The translations under genes and the position numbers were made by a program. Under the pieces are notes generated by a model. The model made no database searches. It saw only the letters and a list, made by a program, of their open reading frames with translations, and was not told the DNA's origin. From positions 1 to 38,376 of the IMG/VR virus record IMGVR_UViG_3300042343_001141: a DNA stretch of 38,376 bases; one strand, 5' to 3'. The stretch comes from a virus. Its lineage: Duplodnaviria; Caudoviricetes. Below are positions 18,265-27,424 of this stretch, piece by piece; the first letter of the stretch is position 1, and each line of letters starts with the position of its first letter.

Positions 18265-18813
18265 ATGGAGGAACAACTCGCCGTTCAGGGTGGGGTTACT
18301 AGCGACAGCGCATCTGCGCCCGCAGCCCCCTCGCCAGAAATCGAGAAGGTCCGAGAGGAGTTCGAGTCCCGGTTTAAGGGACTACAACGCGTAATTGCTG
18401 AAAAGGATGAGGTCCTCAGCAAGGCGCAAGCAGAACTGAAGGAGCTAAAGACCGCCGGCCTGTCCGAGGATGAGCGGGCACAGCTCCATCAGAAAGATTT
18501 GTCTGAACGGCTTGACAAGCTGTCTCGGGAAAATGAGCTCTTGAAGCTCAGCCGGGAATACCCGGACGAGATGCCAGTGTTTGAAAAGCTTCTTCAGGCC
18601 GATAGCACGAAGACCCAGTTGGAAACAATTCGGGAAATCCGAGCTGCTATCGCGAAGGCCCAGACTCCTGCTAAGCAGGAGGAAACTGAAGTCCCGGACG
18701 TAAATCCAATCAACCCTCCGCGCCGTGATTTCGGAGGTGTAGTCATGCCAGACGGTACGACACTCACCGAAGATATCGCCGATAGGATCTTGAAGACCTT
18801 TGGCAAGCGCTGA
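18265..18813 (+). CDS. Capsid scaffolding protein (182 aa)
   Basis: Acidic coiled-coil protein directly before the MCP; AGGAGG SD. Confidence 0.75.
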   Translation: MEEQLAVQGGVTSDSASAPAAPSPEIEKVREEFESRFKGLQRVIAEKDEVLSKAQAELKELKTAGLSEDERAQLHQKDLSERLDKLSRENELLKLSREYPDEMPVFEKLLQADSTKTQLETIREIRAAIAKAQTPAKQEETEVPDVNPINPPRRDFGGVVMPDGTTLTEDIADRILKTFGKR

Positions 18814-18821
18814 GGATTAGG

Positions 18822-18839
18822 CGGGAGGGCAACCTCCCG
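18822..18839 (+). promoter_or_regulatory. GNRA-capped hairpin upstream of the MCP ribosome-binding site
   Basis: cgggagg-GCAA-cctcccg, perfect 7-bp stem, no U-tract. Confidence 0.6.
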
Positions 18840-18853
18840 ACGTAGGGAATAAA

Positions 18854-19801
18854 ATGACAGATGCACAGTTCGCTTCGTCTGCACTAAGTGCAGCGATTAC
18901 GTTCAAGGTCCAGAAGAAGGTCCTTGAGAACCTGCGCGCAGAGCTGGTCTTCGCTGACCAGGCTTACGCAGAGCAGGGTGATTTCATGCCAGGGTTCGAC
19001 ACGCTCAAGTTCGTGAGCGTTCCTGACCTTAGCTTCTCCGGAACGACGACCCCTCTTACCGAGGGTACTCGCCCAGACAAGCGAAGCATGTCAATCTCAA
19101 CGGTCTCGGTAGCCACGGAACAGTACGGCGATCTTATTTCGATCACCGATATTGCCAAGGTCAAGAGCCCACTTGAGATTACTTCAATTGCTTCGGAGCG
19201 CCTCTCGCGCGTCGCGGCTCAGGCGATCGATAAGATCACCCGAGACATCGTGGCCGCCGGTGGTACCGCTTTCTACGCAACTGAATCAAACGGCGATGCC
19301 AACACGACTCGTGCTGGCCTTTCGTCAACGGCCAAGCTCAAGGCTGCGGACCTCCGCAAGCTTCGCGCGACGATGTACAAGAACAGCATCCCAACCTTCG
19401 GGGACGGATACTACCGCTTGTGGATCTCGCCTGAGCAGGGCTTCGATCTCCGCAACGACACCAATACGGGTGCGTTCATCGATGTGAACAAGTACGCCAC
19501 GCCGGAGACGCTCCTCCGTGGTGAGCTTGGTCGCATGGAAGGCTTCCGCATTATGGAAGTTGTCAACACGGCAACCTTCGCCAGCACCACGACGGTTCAC
19601 GCGGGCATCGCCCTCGGAAACATCAAGGGCTGGGGCGCGGGTGAGCTTCAGACGCTCAAGACGTATTACGTGGCCCCAGGCGGGGATCACCAGGATCCGC
19701 TCGGTCAGGAAGAGCTGATCGGCTTCAAGGTCAACTTCGGTTGCGCCGTGCTGTCGAACAGCTACTACTATCGAGTAGAGTCTGCAGCAACTTCGCTGTA
19801 A
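18854..19801 (+). CDS. Major capsid protein, N4-gp56-like HK97 fold (315 aa)
   Basis: TPLTEG, EQYGD..SITD, GELGRMEGFR and GGDHQDPLGQ...GFK motifs typical of this family; follows the scaffold gene. Confidence 0.88.
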   Translation: MTDAQFASSALSAAITFKVQKKVLENLRAELVFADQAYAEQGDFMPGFDTLKFVSVPDLSFSGTTTPLTEGTRPDKRSMSISTVSVATEQYGDLISITDIAKVKSPLEITSIASERLSRVAAQAIDKITRDIVAAGGTAFYATESNGDANTTRAGLSSTAKLKAADLRKLRATMYKNSIPTFGDGYYRLWISPEQGFDLRNDTNTGAFIDVNKYATPETLLRGELGRMEGFRIMEVVNTATFASTTTVHAGIALGNIKGWGAGELQTLKTYYVAPGGDHQDPLGQEELIGFKVNFGCAVLSNSYYYRVESAATSL

Positions 19802-19819
19802 TACTGAAAGGACTATAAA

Positions 19820-20287
19820 ATGGTAGCACGAAGAAGCATTCGAGCTGCAGTAAGCAAGAACGAAGTTCTTGCCACTGCGGATGATCTCGATGGCACGACG
19901 GACAATACCCAGGCATATGATGTCACGGGTGTTGATCGCTTGGTCATCGTTCAGGTAAACAATGGTACTCTCGGAACGGCCGGGATCGACGTTGTCGAGT
20001 ACAGCAAGGATGGTGGCGTGACCTGGTCCGCTGCTACCGATGTGCTCGCTGTCGCCTCTGACGATTCGACCGGTACGGCCCTGGCCGGTGGTGCGTTGAA
20101 CGCCGCTGGCGTTGAGCCAACCGGAGCCGCTGTATTTAAGTGCGGTCCCTTCGAGGGTCCGACTGCTGTCCGAATTGGTCGCAAGACGACTGATACGACC
20201 GGCACGACTTGGGTTACCGGAGCTCCAACCGTATACGCTTTTGCGATCGGTGGAGTCCCTGGCGACCTGACGGCACTAGCGGTTTAG
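19820..20287 (+). CDS. Putative capsid decoration / minor structural protein (155 aa)
   Basis: G/A/T/V-rich beta protein directly after the MCP. Confidence 0.6.
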   Translation: MVARRSIRAAVSKNEVLATADDLDGTTDNTQAYDVTGVDRLVIVQVNNGTLGTAGIDVVEYSKDGGVTWSAATDVLAVASDDSTGTALAGGALNAAGVEPTGAAVFKCGPFEGPTAVRIGRKTTDTTGTTWVTGAPTVYAFAIGGVPGDLTALAV

Positions 20288-20302
20288 GCTAGTAATGGTG
20301 AA

Positions 20303-20324
20303 CCCGGGGGCTTCGGCCCCCGGG
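20303..20324 (+). terminator. cUUCGg hairpin after the capsid genes (attenuator or stabiliser; no U-tract)
   Basis: cccgggggc-TTCG-gcccccggg, 9-bp all-GC stem. Confidence 0.6.
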
Positions 20325-20343
20325 GGATCCGATTGGAGAATAT

Positions 20344-20973
20344 ATGGCAAATGACCTTGCAACACTGAGGGAATATCTTGCGATCGCCGTTCGGGACACG
20401 AACGCCGAGACGTGGTCTACTGCTGAGCTTGACGACCTCGTTCGCTGGTCAGTTGCTCGACTGTGGCCGCGCCACAGCTATCAGTACAGCCCAACATCTA
20501 AGACGGTGACGCTTGTCGCTGACACCTACCACTACAACCTTCCGTCCAATATTAACCATATCGCTCGATGCGAATGGTACACCTCTGGTGGCGATGAATA
20601 CGGGGCCCTCGACGGTGCCGCGTGGGAACTCGTTGGAGATGTTGATAACGGGACCGCCAAGCTGCACGTTGCCCCGATCGTTGTCGACCAGGGCGGCATC
20701 CTGCGCCTTTTGGCATACACGAAATACGATACGACAACGCACCTAATCCCAGACGATCTCGTTCAGCTAGTGCTCGCGTACTCTCGGGCAGAGGCCTACC
20801 GACGACTTGCCGGGGATAGGCAGCGGTTTACGGCCTGGCTGAGCAGGAACCAGACCCAGAACATCTCGATCAATGAGATGCTCCAGATGATTAACGAAGC
20901 AGAGACCGAGGCCCGTCGACTCAAGGCTGAGCGCAAGACGTGGCAGAAGCCTGTTCCGGGGCGACAGGGATGA
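20344..20973 (+). CDS. Head-tail adaptor / tail tubular-like protein (209 aa)
   Basis: LATLRE...WSTAELDDLV helical start, TLVADTYHYNLP and IPDDLVQLVLAY patterns; position after the capsid genes. Confidence 0.65.
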   Translation: MANDLATLREYLAIAVRDTNAETWSTAELDDLVRWSVARLWPRHSYQYSPTSKTVTLVADTYHYNLPSNINHIARCEWYTSGGDEYGALDGAAWELVGDVDNGTAKLHVAPIVVDQGGILRLLAYTKYDTTTHLIPDDLVQLVLAYSRAEAYRRLAGDRQRFTAWLSRNQTQNISINEMLQMINEAETEARRLKAERKTWQKPVPGRQG

Positions 20974-21827
20974 TTGGGATCTTCGACAACGATGGGAAGA
21001 GGCTGCCGATTACGATTAACGGCCTTGTCCTTAACGACCCCGACGATGATCATGACAATACTTATGAGGTCAACTCAATTGCTGTATCGACTGCCGTAGA
21101 TACGCTTACCGAGGCACGGCAGTTTCGCGATGGCCTGGAGATGTACGGATCAAGGAAGTTAAACTTCCTAATCCGAATCGATGGGATGATCAGGGCCAAG
21201 ACAATGGGAAGCCTTTACGATAAGATAAGCTCCATGGCAGAATATCTTGACCCCGGGACGATCACCTACCCTACTGCCACCTCGTTGGTAAACGTGCTGT
21301 TCTCAACGCCAACCGACGACTACCTCAATTACCCATCTGGGCTCATCTCTTGCAAATATCTTGCAAGGCCAAGGACGATCCCTACCCCGACCGTCAGCCA
21401 GTTCACCGGGACTGTCTCGCCGTTCACGATCGAGCTGGTTGTATCCGACCCTCGTAGGTATCTGAGCACGGCCACAACGAAGGCGGCAACTGGATCGATT
21501 GACAACAGCCTTGCGACCTACCGGTCCTGGCCTACTCTAACGCTCAACATGAGCGGGGCGGGAAGCGCAACCTACTCAATCTCCTTGACATCATCTCTTG
21601 GCACCAAGACGCTTACGCTGAACCTGTCTGCCAGGAGCAACAGTGAGGTTGTGACGGTTGACTTCGCCAACAAAAAGGTAAGCGTCGGGACAACCGAGAC
21701 CCCAAGCATCTACGTGTCCGGCGAGTTCTGGGAGATGATGCCGGAAAGCGGGATGACACTTGCTGCGGCAAACACTTCCAATGTCTCATCGTTCTCCTTG
21801 TCCTGGAGCAGGGCCTTTAGCCTGTGA
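20970..21827 (+). CDS. Distal-tail (Dit)-like protein
   Basis: Start moved to the ATGA overlap at 20970. FTIELVVSDP, IDN...SWPTLTL, VTVDFANKKV, GEFWEM and C-terminal WSRAF resemble siphovirus Dit proteins. Confidence 0.6.
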   Translation: MIGIFDNDGKRLPITINGLVLNDPDDDHDNTYEVNSIAVSTAVDTLTEARQFRDGLEMYGSRKLNFLIRIDGMIRAKTMGSLYDKISSMAEYLDPGTITYPTATSLVNVLFSTPTDDYLNYPSGLISCKYLARPRTIPTPTVSQFTGTVSPFTIELVVSDPRRYLSTATTKAATGSIDNSLATYRSWPTLTLNMSGAGSATYSISLTSSLGTKTLTLNLSARSNSEVVTVDFANKKVSVGTTETPSIYVSGEFWEMMPESGMTLAAANTSNVSSFSLSWSRAFSL

Positions 21828-22927
21828 GCATCCCGACGTATCGGGTTCAGGTATTCAAGTTCGCTGACACTACAAGCTATGGAGTTGGCGACCTTCTCGT
21901 TGAGTTTGAGAACGCCAAGAACCTTGGATGGGGCAGATACCTCAACGACGTTTCCGAAGCCTTCTTCACAGTCAACCAGGAAGACCCAAAGATCACGTTA
22001 CTTCGCGGGTACGAGGGCAAGGCGCACGTCAGGATCTACCGAAACTCCGACCTTGTTTGGGGCGGTTGGCTTATGGAGCACGACGCCAATGCTGACGACG
22101 TAATCTTTTATTGCTACGGCTACGAGTCAGGATTGTTCTGGATGCATTCAGATTGGGACCAGTCATTCACCTCCTCGCAGGTAGACGTCATTGTCACTGC
22201 GCTTTGGGACCGAGCCAAAACTGGGCTTGCCAACTCGAACCTAGGATGGGCAACAACTGGGACCATCGAGGCCCCAGTAACAGTGTCTTCAGGAGCAACT
22301 GCCTTGGTGCTGCCAAGCTACAAGCTGTACTACAAGAGAATCCTATTCTCAATGAGGGAGCTCGCTGCGTTTTCAATGAGCGATACAACCAACACTGTTG
22401 TGTTCGAGATTACCCCATCAGGGACATTCAACTTCTGGAAGAACCGTGGGGTCCAAAGGAACGACGTGGTGCTCCGGTGGGGGGACGAACACATCCAGGC
22501 GTTCTCCGATATTGCAACGCCAATTGACTATAGGAATGAGATCCTTGCTGTCGGAAGCCAGCCAAATAACGTTAGCCTAAGGACGACCCAGACATCCGGG
22601 TCTGGCGTTACGACATACGGGAGAAGGCAGGAGTCCATCTACCTGTCCTATGTAAGGGACGGAGACGAGCTGGACAGGGTGTCAAAGCTGCGCTTGGCCA
22701 GAGCGGTCAGGACAGATCCTGCCATTGCGGTCGCCATCCACCCAGGCACTCTTCAACCGCCGAACACTACCGGGTCCTCGTTTAACCTGTCCGACACGAT
22801 CAAGCTTGATATCGACTACGGTATTACAAGCATCAATGCATACTACCTTGTCGTTGGGACAAGGGTAGTGCTGAAGAGGGGGACGGAAAAGGTGCAGTTA
22901 CTATTGTCGCCAAAGCCGGGCTCATAA
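21824..22927 (+). CDS. Baseplate hub / minor tail protein (367 aa)
   Basis: IYRNSDLVWGG, FEITPSGTFNFW, TYGRRQE and FNLSDTI motifs typical of actinophage-type minor tail proteins that follow Dit. Confidence 0.65.
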   Translation: MSIPTYRVQVFKFADTTSYGVGDLLVEFENAKNLGWGRYLNDVSEAFFTVNQEDPKITLLRGYEGKAHVRIYRNSDLVWGGWLMEHDANADDVIFYCYGYESGLFWMHSDWDQSFTSSQVDVIVTALWDRAKTGLANSNLGWATTGTIEAPVTVSSGATALVLPSYKLYYKRILFSMRELAAFSMSDTTNTVVFEITPSGTFNFWKNRGVQRNDVVLRWGDEHIQAFSDIATPIDYRNEILAVGSQPNNVSLRTTQTSGSGVTTYGRRQESIYLSYVRDGDELDRVSKLRLARAVRTDPAIAVAIHPGTLQPPNTTGSSFNLSDTIKLDIDYGITSINAYYLVVGTRVVLKRGTEKVQLLLSPKPGS

Positions 22928-23550
22928 TGGCAAATCAATCGATTGACGATCAGTTTAGAATGTTGAGGAGGGGCCCATGGGCCGTACTCGACAACCACAA
23001 CGCCACATCCTACGAGCTGGTTGATACCGGGGCAGGGAACGTAAACCCGGTCGGGTTCGTTGAGGATGGTTCCGTGTCGGGAACATCTGTTACCGATGGC
23101 TCAATCACCGCAGCAAAGCTGGCAACCGATGCCGTGACCAACACCAAGATCCAGAATGCCGCTGTCACCAACGCAAAGATTTCCGACGTGGATGGTTCCA
23201 AGATTGCCAGTGCCTCTATTGCAGACTCCAAGATTATTGAGCTAAGTGGATCTAAGCTCACCGGGTCCGTAGCCACTACCCTCCTGTCCGGCATCAGTTC
23301 TGGGTCGGCAAGCTTTGGGACCGTGACTACGGCGACATCTGAAACTGCCACCATTACCCTAAGCGAGACCATGGCAAACGCAACCTATATGGTTGTCACC
23401 GGGGTCGTTGCGGATGTTGCTGCCACCAATGAGCTGTACGCTATTGTCGAGGCCAGGACCACTACGACGGTAGACGTCAGGGTAGTCAACCCTTCAGGCA
23501 CCGATGCTACCGGCGTGTTTGTTCACGTCATCGCGGCCAACGGGATCTAA
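22927..23550 (+). CDS. Short tail fibre/spike protein (207 aa)
   Basis: Same 10-aa repeat type as 379-2286 (ITAAKLATDA, VTNTKIQNAA, VTNAKIS) plus a small C-terminal beta domain. Confidence 0.65.
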   Translation: MANQSIDDQFRMLRRGPWAVLDNHNATSYELVDTGAGNVNPVGFVEDGSVSGTSVTDGSITAAKLATDAVTNTKIQNAAVTNAKISDVDGSKIASASIADSKIIELSGSKLTGSVATTLLSGISSGSASFGTVTTATSETATITLSETMANATYMVVTGVVADVAATNELYAIVEARTTTTVDVRVVNPSGTDATGVFVHVIAANGI

Positions 23551-23576
23551 CCGCCGCCCAGCCCAGGCGGGCATTG

Positions 23577-23588
23577 GAACAATTGTTC
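23577..23588. promoter_or_regulatory. Perfect palindrome GAAC-AATT-GTTC, matching the Gram-positive-type LexA box core
   Basis: Intergenic, about 70 bp upstream of the exonuclease gene; fits GAAC-N4-GTTC. Confidence 0.35.
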
Positions 23589-23655
23589 AAAAGGCGGCGC
23601 TTTTAACCCCTATTGTTTAGGAAGCTTTATGCTTCCCTAACTTAGGGAGTACAAA

Positions 23656-24438
23656 ATGCTTTGGACAAACGATATGGACCGCGCCCTCCTGGCAACGGAG
23701 TCTTCCAACGAGGGGGCACCCGCCTCCAAGCTTGCCTCAATCCTTACTGAAAAGCTCGGATGGCCATTTTCTGAGGACCAGATTAGGAACAGGCTACGAA
23801 GGATCAAGGCCCAGATTGAGTCTGGTGAAAAGGCCCGGGTCGTATCTCAGGACGAGCAGAACTTTAGCCTCGATGAGGTCCCGAAGGACCGCTACGTTGG
23901 GCCAAGAGTCGCCTTCTTTGACATCGAAACCACCGGCCTCAAGGCCCACGTGGGACGCATGCTGTGGGGTTCGATTGCGGACTCGTGGGGCAACGTCAAG
24001 AACTTCTCACTCAAGGACTACCCGGGCAAGACGCTAATCGACGACAGCGTCCTCGTGGACGCGTATGCACGGGAGCTCGAGAAGTACGACGGCGAGTGGG
24101 TGTCTTGGAACGGGAAGCTGTTTGACTGTCCGTTCATGAACGCCCGCCTTCTTAAGGGAGGAAAGCCGATCCTTCGAGGGGACCGGGTCCACGTCGACCT
24201 GATGTATTACTCCAAGGGATCATCGGCAAGAGTCGGAACAAGCCGACTTGCCGGAGTTTCGGAGTTCTTCAATACCGGAAACTCTAAGACACCACTGGAT
24301 TTTGACACATGGAACCTGGCTATGGCCGGGGACCTGACCGCTCTGGACAAGGTGGGCGAGCACTGTGAGGCCGACGTCCTTGTTCTCCGCGACGTTTACG
24401 AGCACCTCAAGCCACTCATCAGGAACAAGCACCGATGA
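23656..24438 (+). CDS. DnaQ/RNase H-like 3'-5' exonuclease with N-terminal HTH/Myb-like region (260 aa)
   Basis: ExoI FFDIETTG, ExoII WNGKLFDCPF, ExoIII HCEADV. The N-terminus WTNDMDRALL...SEDQIRNRLRRI is HTH-like. Confidence 0.85.
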   Translation: MLWTNDMDRALLATESSNEGAPASKLASILTEKLGWPFSEDQIRNRLRRIKAQIESGEKARVVSQDEQNFSLDEVPKDRYVGPRVAFFDIETTGLKAHVGRMLWGSIADSWGNVKNFSLKDYPGKTLIDDSVLVDAYARELEKYDGEWVSWNGKLFDCPFMNARLLKGGKPILRGDRVHVDLMYYSKGSSARVGTSRLAGVSEFFNTGNSKTPLDFDTWNLAMAGDLTALDKVGEHCEADVLVLRDVYEHLKPLIRNKHR

Positions 24439-24809
24439 GACCGACAACGTTTCAGCAGGCATTTGCACAGATCTTTGATGAAACGTTTGATCTTCTCGTT
24501 GAGCGCCAGCGAAAGTATGGCCCGGAGAATATCAGGAACCAAGGGATCTACGGCGTCGTTAATAGGTTAGCTGACGATAAGGTCGCACGGGTTCGACAGT
24601 CCCTCCAGGGGGACGTCGTGAACGGGCAGGTTGTCCTCAGTCCGATTATAGACCGGGAGGCAACAGACACCTTCGAAGATGCGCTTAAGGACATTGCCAA
24701 CTATGCAATGATCGCCTTGGCGCTTCACCGTGGCGTGTGGGGCCTTCCCCTCTCTGATGAGTCAGAAGAAGAGGTTGAGATCCTTAAGGAAGAGGTGGAC
24801 TGTGAGTAG
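24435..24809 (+). CDS. DUF1599 / nucleotide-modification-associated domain 1-like protein (124 aa)
   Basis: RQRKYGPENI...RLADDKVAR...EDALKDIANYAMIAL pattern. Confidence 0.75.
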   Translation: MRPTTFQQAFAQIFDETFDLLVERQRKYGPENIRNQGIYGVVNRLADDKVARVRQSLQGDVVNGQVVLSPIIDREATDTFEDALKDIANYAMIALALHRGVWGLPLSDESEEEVEILKEEVDCE

Positions 24810-25191
24810 TCCACAGGTCTATCTTGCAGGAGCAATGGAGCTGGTCGACTCAGACCATGCAATGGAGTGGAGGGCAGAGGCTTCTGCCAGGCTGTCCGAC
24901 TTCACCAACTGCTCTGCGGTTGATCCACATCACTACGAAGTAGACGAGAGCGATAGCTCTGTTGTCAATGTCGATAAGAGCCTGATCGCCAAGTGCGATG
25001 CAGTCCTTGTCGACGGACGAGTCCCGGGGTGGGGGACTGCAATGGAAGTGTACTTCGCGTGGGAAAAGAATATTCCAATCGTGGTCTGGGGGATTTCCAG
25101 GGAGAATACCCCTAAGTGGCTACGTTACCACTCAACACTAGTGGTCGAAGACCTAAGCGCTGCAGTGATGGAGGTAGCAGCGCTCGTTTAG
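24802..25191 (+). CDS. Nucleoside 2-deoxyribosyltransferase / N-glycosidase family protein
   Basis: VYLAGAM, WR, DKSLIAKCDAVLV, GTAMEVYFAW...PIVVW. GTG start at 24802 with a GAGGTGG SD. Confidence 0.85.
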   Translation: MSSPQVYLAGAMELVDSDHAMEWRAEASARLSDFTNCSAVDPHHYEVDESDSSVVNVDKSLIAKCDAVLVDGRVPGWGTAMEVYFAWEKNIPIVVWGISRENTPKWLRYHSTLVVEDLSAAVMEVAALV

Positions 25192-25203
25192 CCGGAGGGC
25201 TGC

Positions 25204-26325
25204 GTGCGCTATATCTTCATCCTCCTTCTGCTGGCAATGCCAGCTCAAGCGTATGCACTAGACAGCACAGACCAGTGGGACCAGCAGGTTGACTCCAACG
25301 GAACAATCACGCTGACCGATGGCACAATCTTAATTGAAGGCAGCAATAATGCTGGGCCTGGATACCCGTGGCAGAACACGGTCACCAGCCTGACGACTAG
25401 TTCGTCCATTGGCGAGACGGTTACCTTTGACTGGTCATATTGGACGACCGATGGTGCCTTCTACGATCGAGCACAAATGCTTCTCGATGAGAGCTGGATT
25501 GATCTCGCGATCTGGGATCAGGGCGGTTACGACCCGAAGCAACAGAGCGGCACGCAATTGGTTTACATTGCCGCAGGGGGGATCTTTGGGTTTCGCATCT
25601 TGAGCGTTGACTCGTGCTGCGGCGCGGGCTTCCTGCAAGTCACAAACACAACCTGGGTTGTGGGCCCGGCCCCAACCCCAACACCGGAGCCATCTGTTGA
25701 TCCATCTCCAGAGCCGAGCCCAACGCCAGAGCCTACGCCCGAACCGACGCCAACGCCGGAACCTTCGCCGACGCCTGAGCCAACTCCGGAGCCTACGCCA
25801 GAGCCAACTCCTGATCCAACTCCTGAACCGACTCCAGAGCCTGAGCCCTCGGTAGAGCCAGAGCCAGAGCCAAGTGAAGAACCAGAGCCGACTCCCGAGC
25901 CCGAAGAGACGCCCGAGCCAGAGCCTTCAGAGGAACCTGAACCGAGTCCTGATCCTACTGACGAGCCTAGCCCTGAGCCTGAGCCTAGCGTTGAGCCTTC
26001 TCCTGAGCCAACTGACGAACTGCCAAGTGTAGAAGAAGCGGTTGAGGCAATTTCGGAAGCATTTGGAGAGGCGGCAGAACAGGTTGCCGAAGTATTCGGC
26101 GAATCATTTGAAGCGATATTAAATATTGGAGAGATCGGAAAGGACTTAGACCCCGAGGAGAAAGAGGAGGCGCAACCTATCGCGGTTGCGGTGGTCATTA
26201 GCCAAGTCGCAAGCGCTGCGGTATCTGCAGCAATGGCGAGGGCCGGTGGCACAGGAGGAGGGGGTCCAGTAGGTGGGCCATCATCTTCATCCAGCTCTTC
26301 TAGCAGAAAGGGGAACAAGTCTTGA
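25204..26325 (+). CDS. Exported/membrane protein with Pro-Glu/Thr repeat stalk (373 aa)
   Basis: Signal peptide [18 protein letters not shown], beta domain with a CC pair, long (EPTP/EPSP)n tract, hydrophobic C-terminal helix. Confidence 0.8.
   Translation: MRYIFILLLLAMPAQAYALDSTDQWDQQVDSNGTITLTDGTILIEGSNNAGPGYPWQNTVTSLTTSSSIGETVTFDWSYWTTDGAFYDRAQMLLDESWIDLAIWDQGGYDPKQQSGTQLVYIAAGGIFGFRILSVDSCCGAGFLQVTNTTWVVGPAPTPTPEPSVDPSPEPSPTPEPTPEPTPTPEPSPTPEPTPEPTPEPTPDPTPEPTPEPEPSVEPEPEPSEEPEPTPEPEETPEPEPSEEPEPSPDPTDEPSPEPEPSVEPSPEPTDELPSVEEAVEAISEAFGEAAEQVAEVFGESFEAILNIGEIGKDLDPEEKEEAQPIAVAVVISQVASAAVSAAMARAGGTGGGGPVGGPSSSSSSSSRKGNKS
25665..26015 (+). repeat. Low-complexity coding repeat (PEPTP/PEPSE)n
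   Basis: Repeated gagcc(a/t/g) units visible in the DNA and in the translation. Confidence 0.85.
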
Positions 26326-26492
26326 TTAAGAAAATCGTAAACGATCTCATCGGAGGAGCATGGACAATTCTCGGACTTATGTTCGCAGTAGTAGTTCTTC
26401 CCGAAGGCCAGACTCAGACAGTAATGGGAACTCTTTTCGTTTTACTGACGATCTCTTGGCTGGTCACGGGACCAATGCGTTGGAGGGAATAA
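26322..26492 (+). CDS. Small two-TM membrane protein (56 aa, absent from the ORF track)
   Basis: TTG start overlapping the upstream [59 protein letters not shown]; its stop abuts the next ATG. Confidence 0.8.
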   Translation: MIKKIVNDLIGGAWTILGLMFAVVVLPEGQTQTVMGTLFVLLTISWLVTGPMRWRE

Positions 26493-27107
26493 ATGAAATT
26501 CAAGGTGAAGAGTCAGCTCGATCACGTAGAAAAGGGCGGCATCTTAGACGATTGCGGCCCGAGTTCTGCGTCGGCTGCCTTGGCCTGGGCGGCGAAGTAC
26601 CTCATCGACCCGAGTGCCGGAGACGGCATCAGGGCGAAGGCTAAAGCCACAGGCTTTGTTGAGAAGGAGGGAGTGAGCGACAACGGTTCATCGCTGGGCG
26701 ACCTCATCAAGACTGTCAAGGTCCTTGGTGGAAGCGCTCGATATGCGAAGTCATGGGACGATGTCGTTCTCTCAGCGCACCGTGGAGCAGGACTCATTAT
26801 TTGGGTCCAGCAGGCTGTCGGGTATCCCGATGTCGAGATCAGTGAATGGCACAAGAAGTGGCAGAAGTACTGGCAGACCAAGGGACCGAAGCACATTAAG
26901 GAAGGCTACGGCCACATGACTGCGGCAGGGTGGGCTGCTGTAGACGGGTGGCAATGGGCCTGCCCAACACGTTCTGGTAAGGGCAAGGAGAAGTTCGGCG
27001 TGAAGGTAACCGAGGATCAGCTCAAGCAGATTGCTGACTCCAAGCGCGTTGCCGGCAAGGACAATGGGGCCCCGCACAAGCATGTTGTCATTGTCGAATA
27101 CAAATAG
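26493..27107 (+). CDS. C39-like cysteine peptidase, probable endolysin (204 aa)
   Basis: SQLD...DCGPSSASAAL (Gln and catalytic Cys) and GHMTAAG (His); next to a holin-like gene. Confidence 0.7.
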   Translation: MKFKVKSQLDHVEKGGILDDCGPSSASAALAWAAKYLIDPSAGDGIRAKAKATGFVEKEGVSDNGSSLGDLIKTVKVLGGSARYAKSWDDVVLSAHRGAGLIIWVQQAVGYPDVEISEWHKKWQKYWQTKGPKHIKEGYGHMTAAGWAAVDGWQWACPTRSGKGKEKFGVKVTEDQLKQIADSKRVAGKDNGAPHKHVVIVEYK

Positions 27108-27115
27108 GAGAAACA

Positions 27116-27409
27116 ATGTACTCAGATCTCAAGGCCAGCATTCGTTGGGTCATCGACAACACTGGTGTTGACGAAGCCCTCATCGAGTTCGGCCGCACGT
27201 TCATCACTGTCTCGATCTCAGTCGCCCTTGGTCTCGGCATCCCGCTTCTGGATATCAGTGGCGGTGACTTCCGAACCATCCTCTCGGCTGGTCTTGCATC
27301 TGGTCTACAGATCCTGATCAAGTTCCTCGATCCGAAGAACACGCAGTTCGGGATCAAGGAGAAGACGCCTGAGGATAAGGCTGCCGCAGATAAGCAGTTC
27401 GATATCTAA
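27116..27409 (+). CDS. Holin-like membrane protein (97 aa)
   Basis: RTF...two hydrophobic helices...KFLDPKNTQFG, resembling actinophage-type holins; charged C-terminus. Confidence 0.72.
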   Translation: MYSDLKASIRWVIDNTGVDEALIEFGRTFITVSISVALGLGIPLLDISGGDFRTILSAGLASGLQILIKFLDPKNTQFGIKEKTPEDKAAADKQFDI

Positions 27410-27424
27410 GCGGGGCTAAGCCCC

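Noticed and set aside
25563-26318. Antisense Gly/Ser-rich 251-aa ORF
   Set aside because: It is the mirror of the Pro-Glu repeat on the plus strand.
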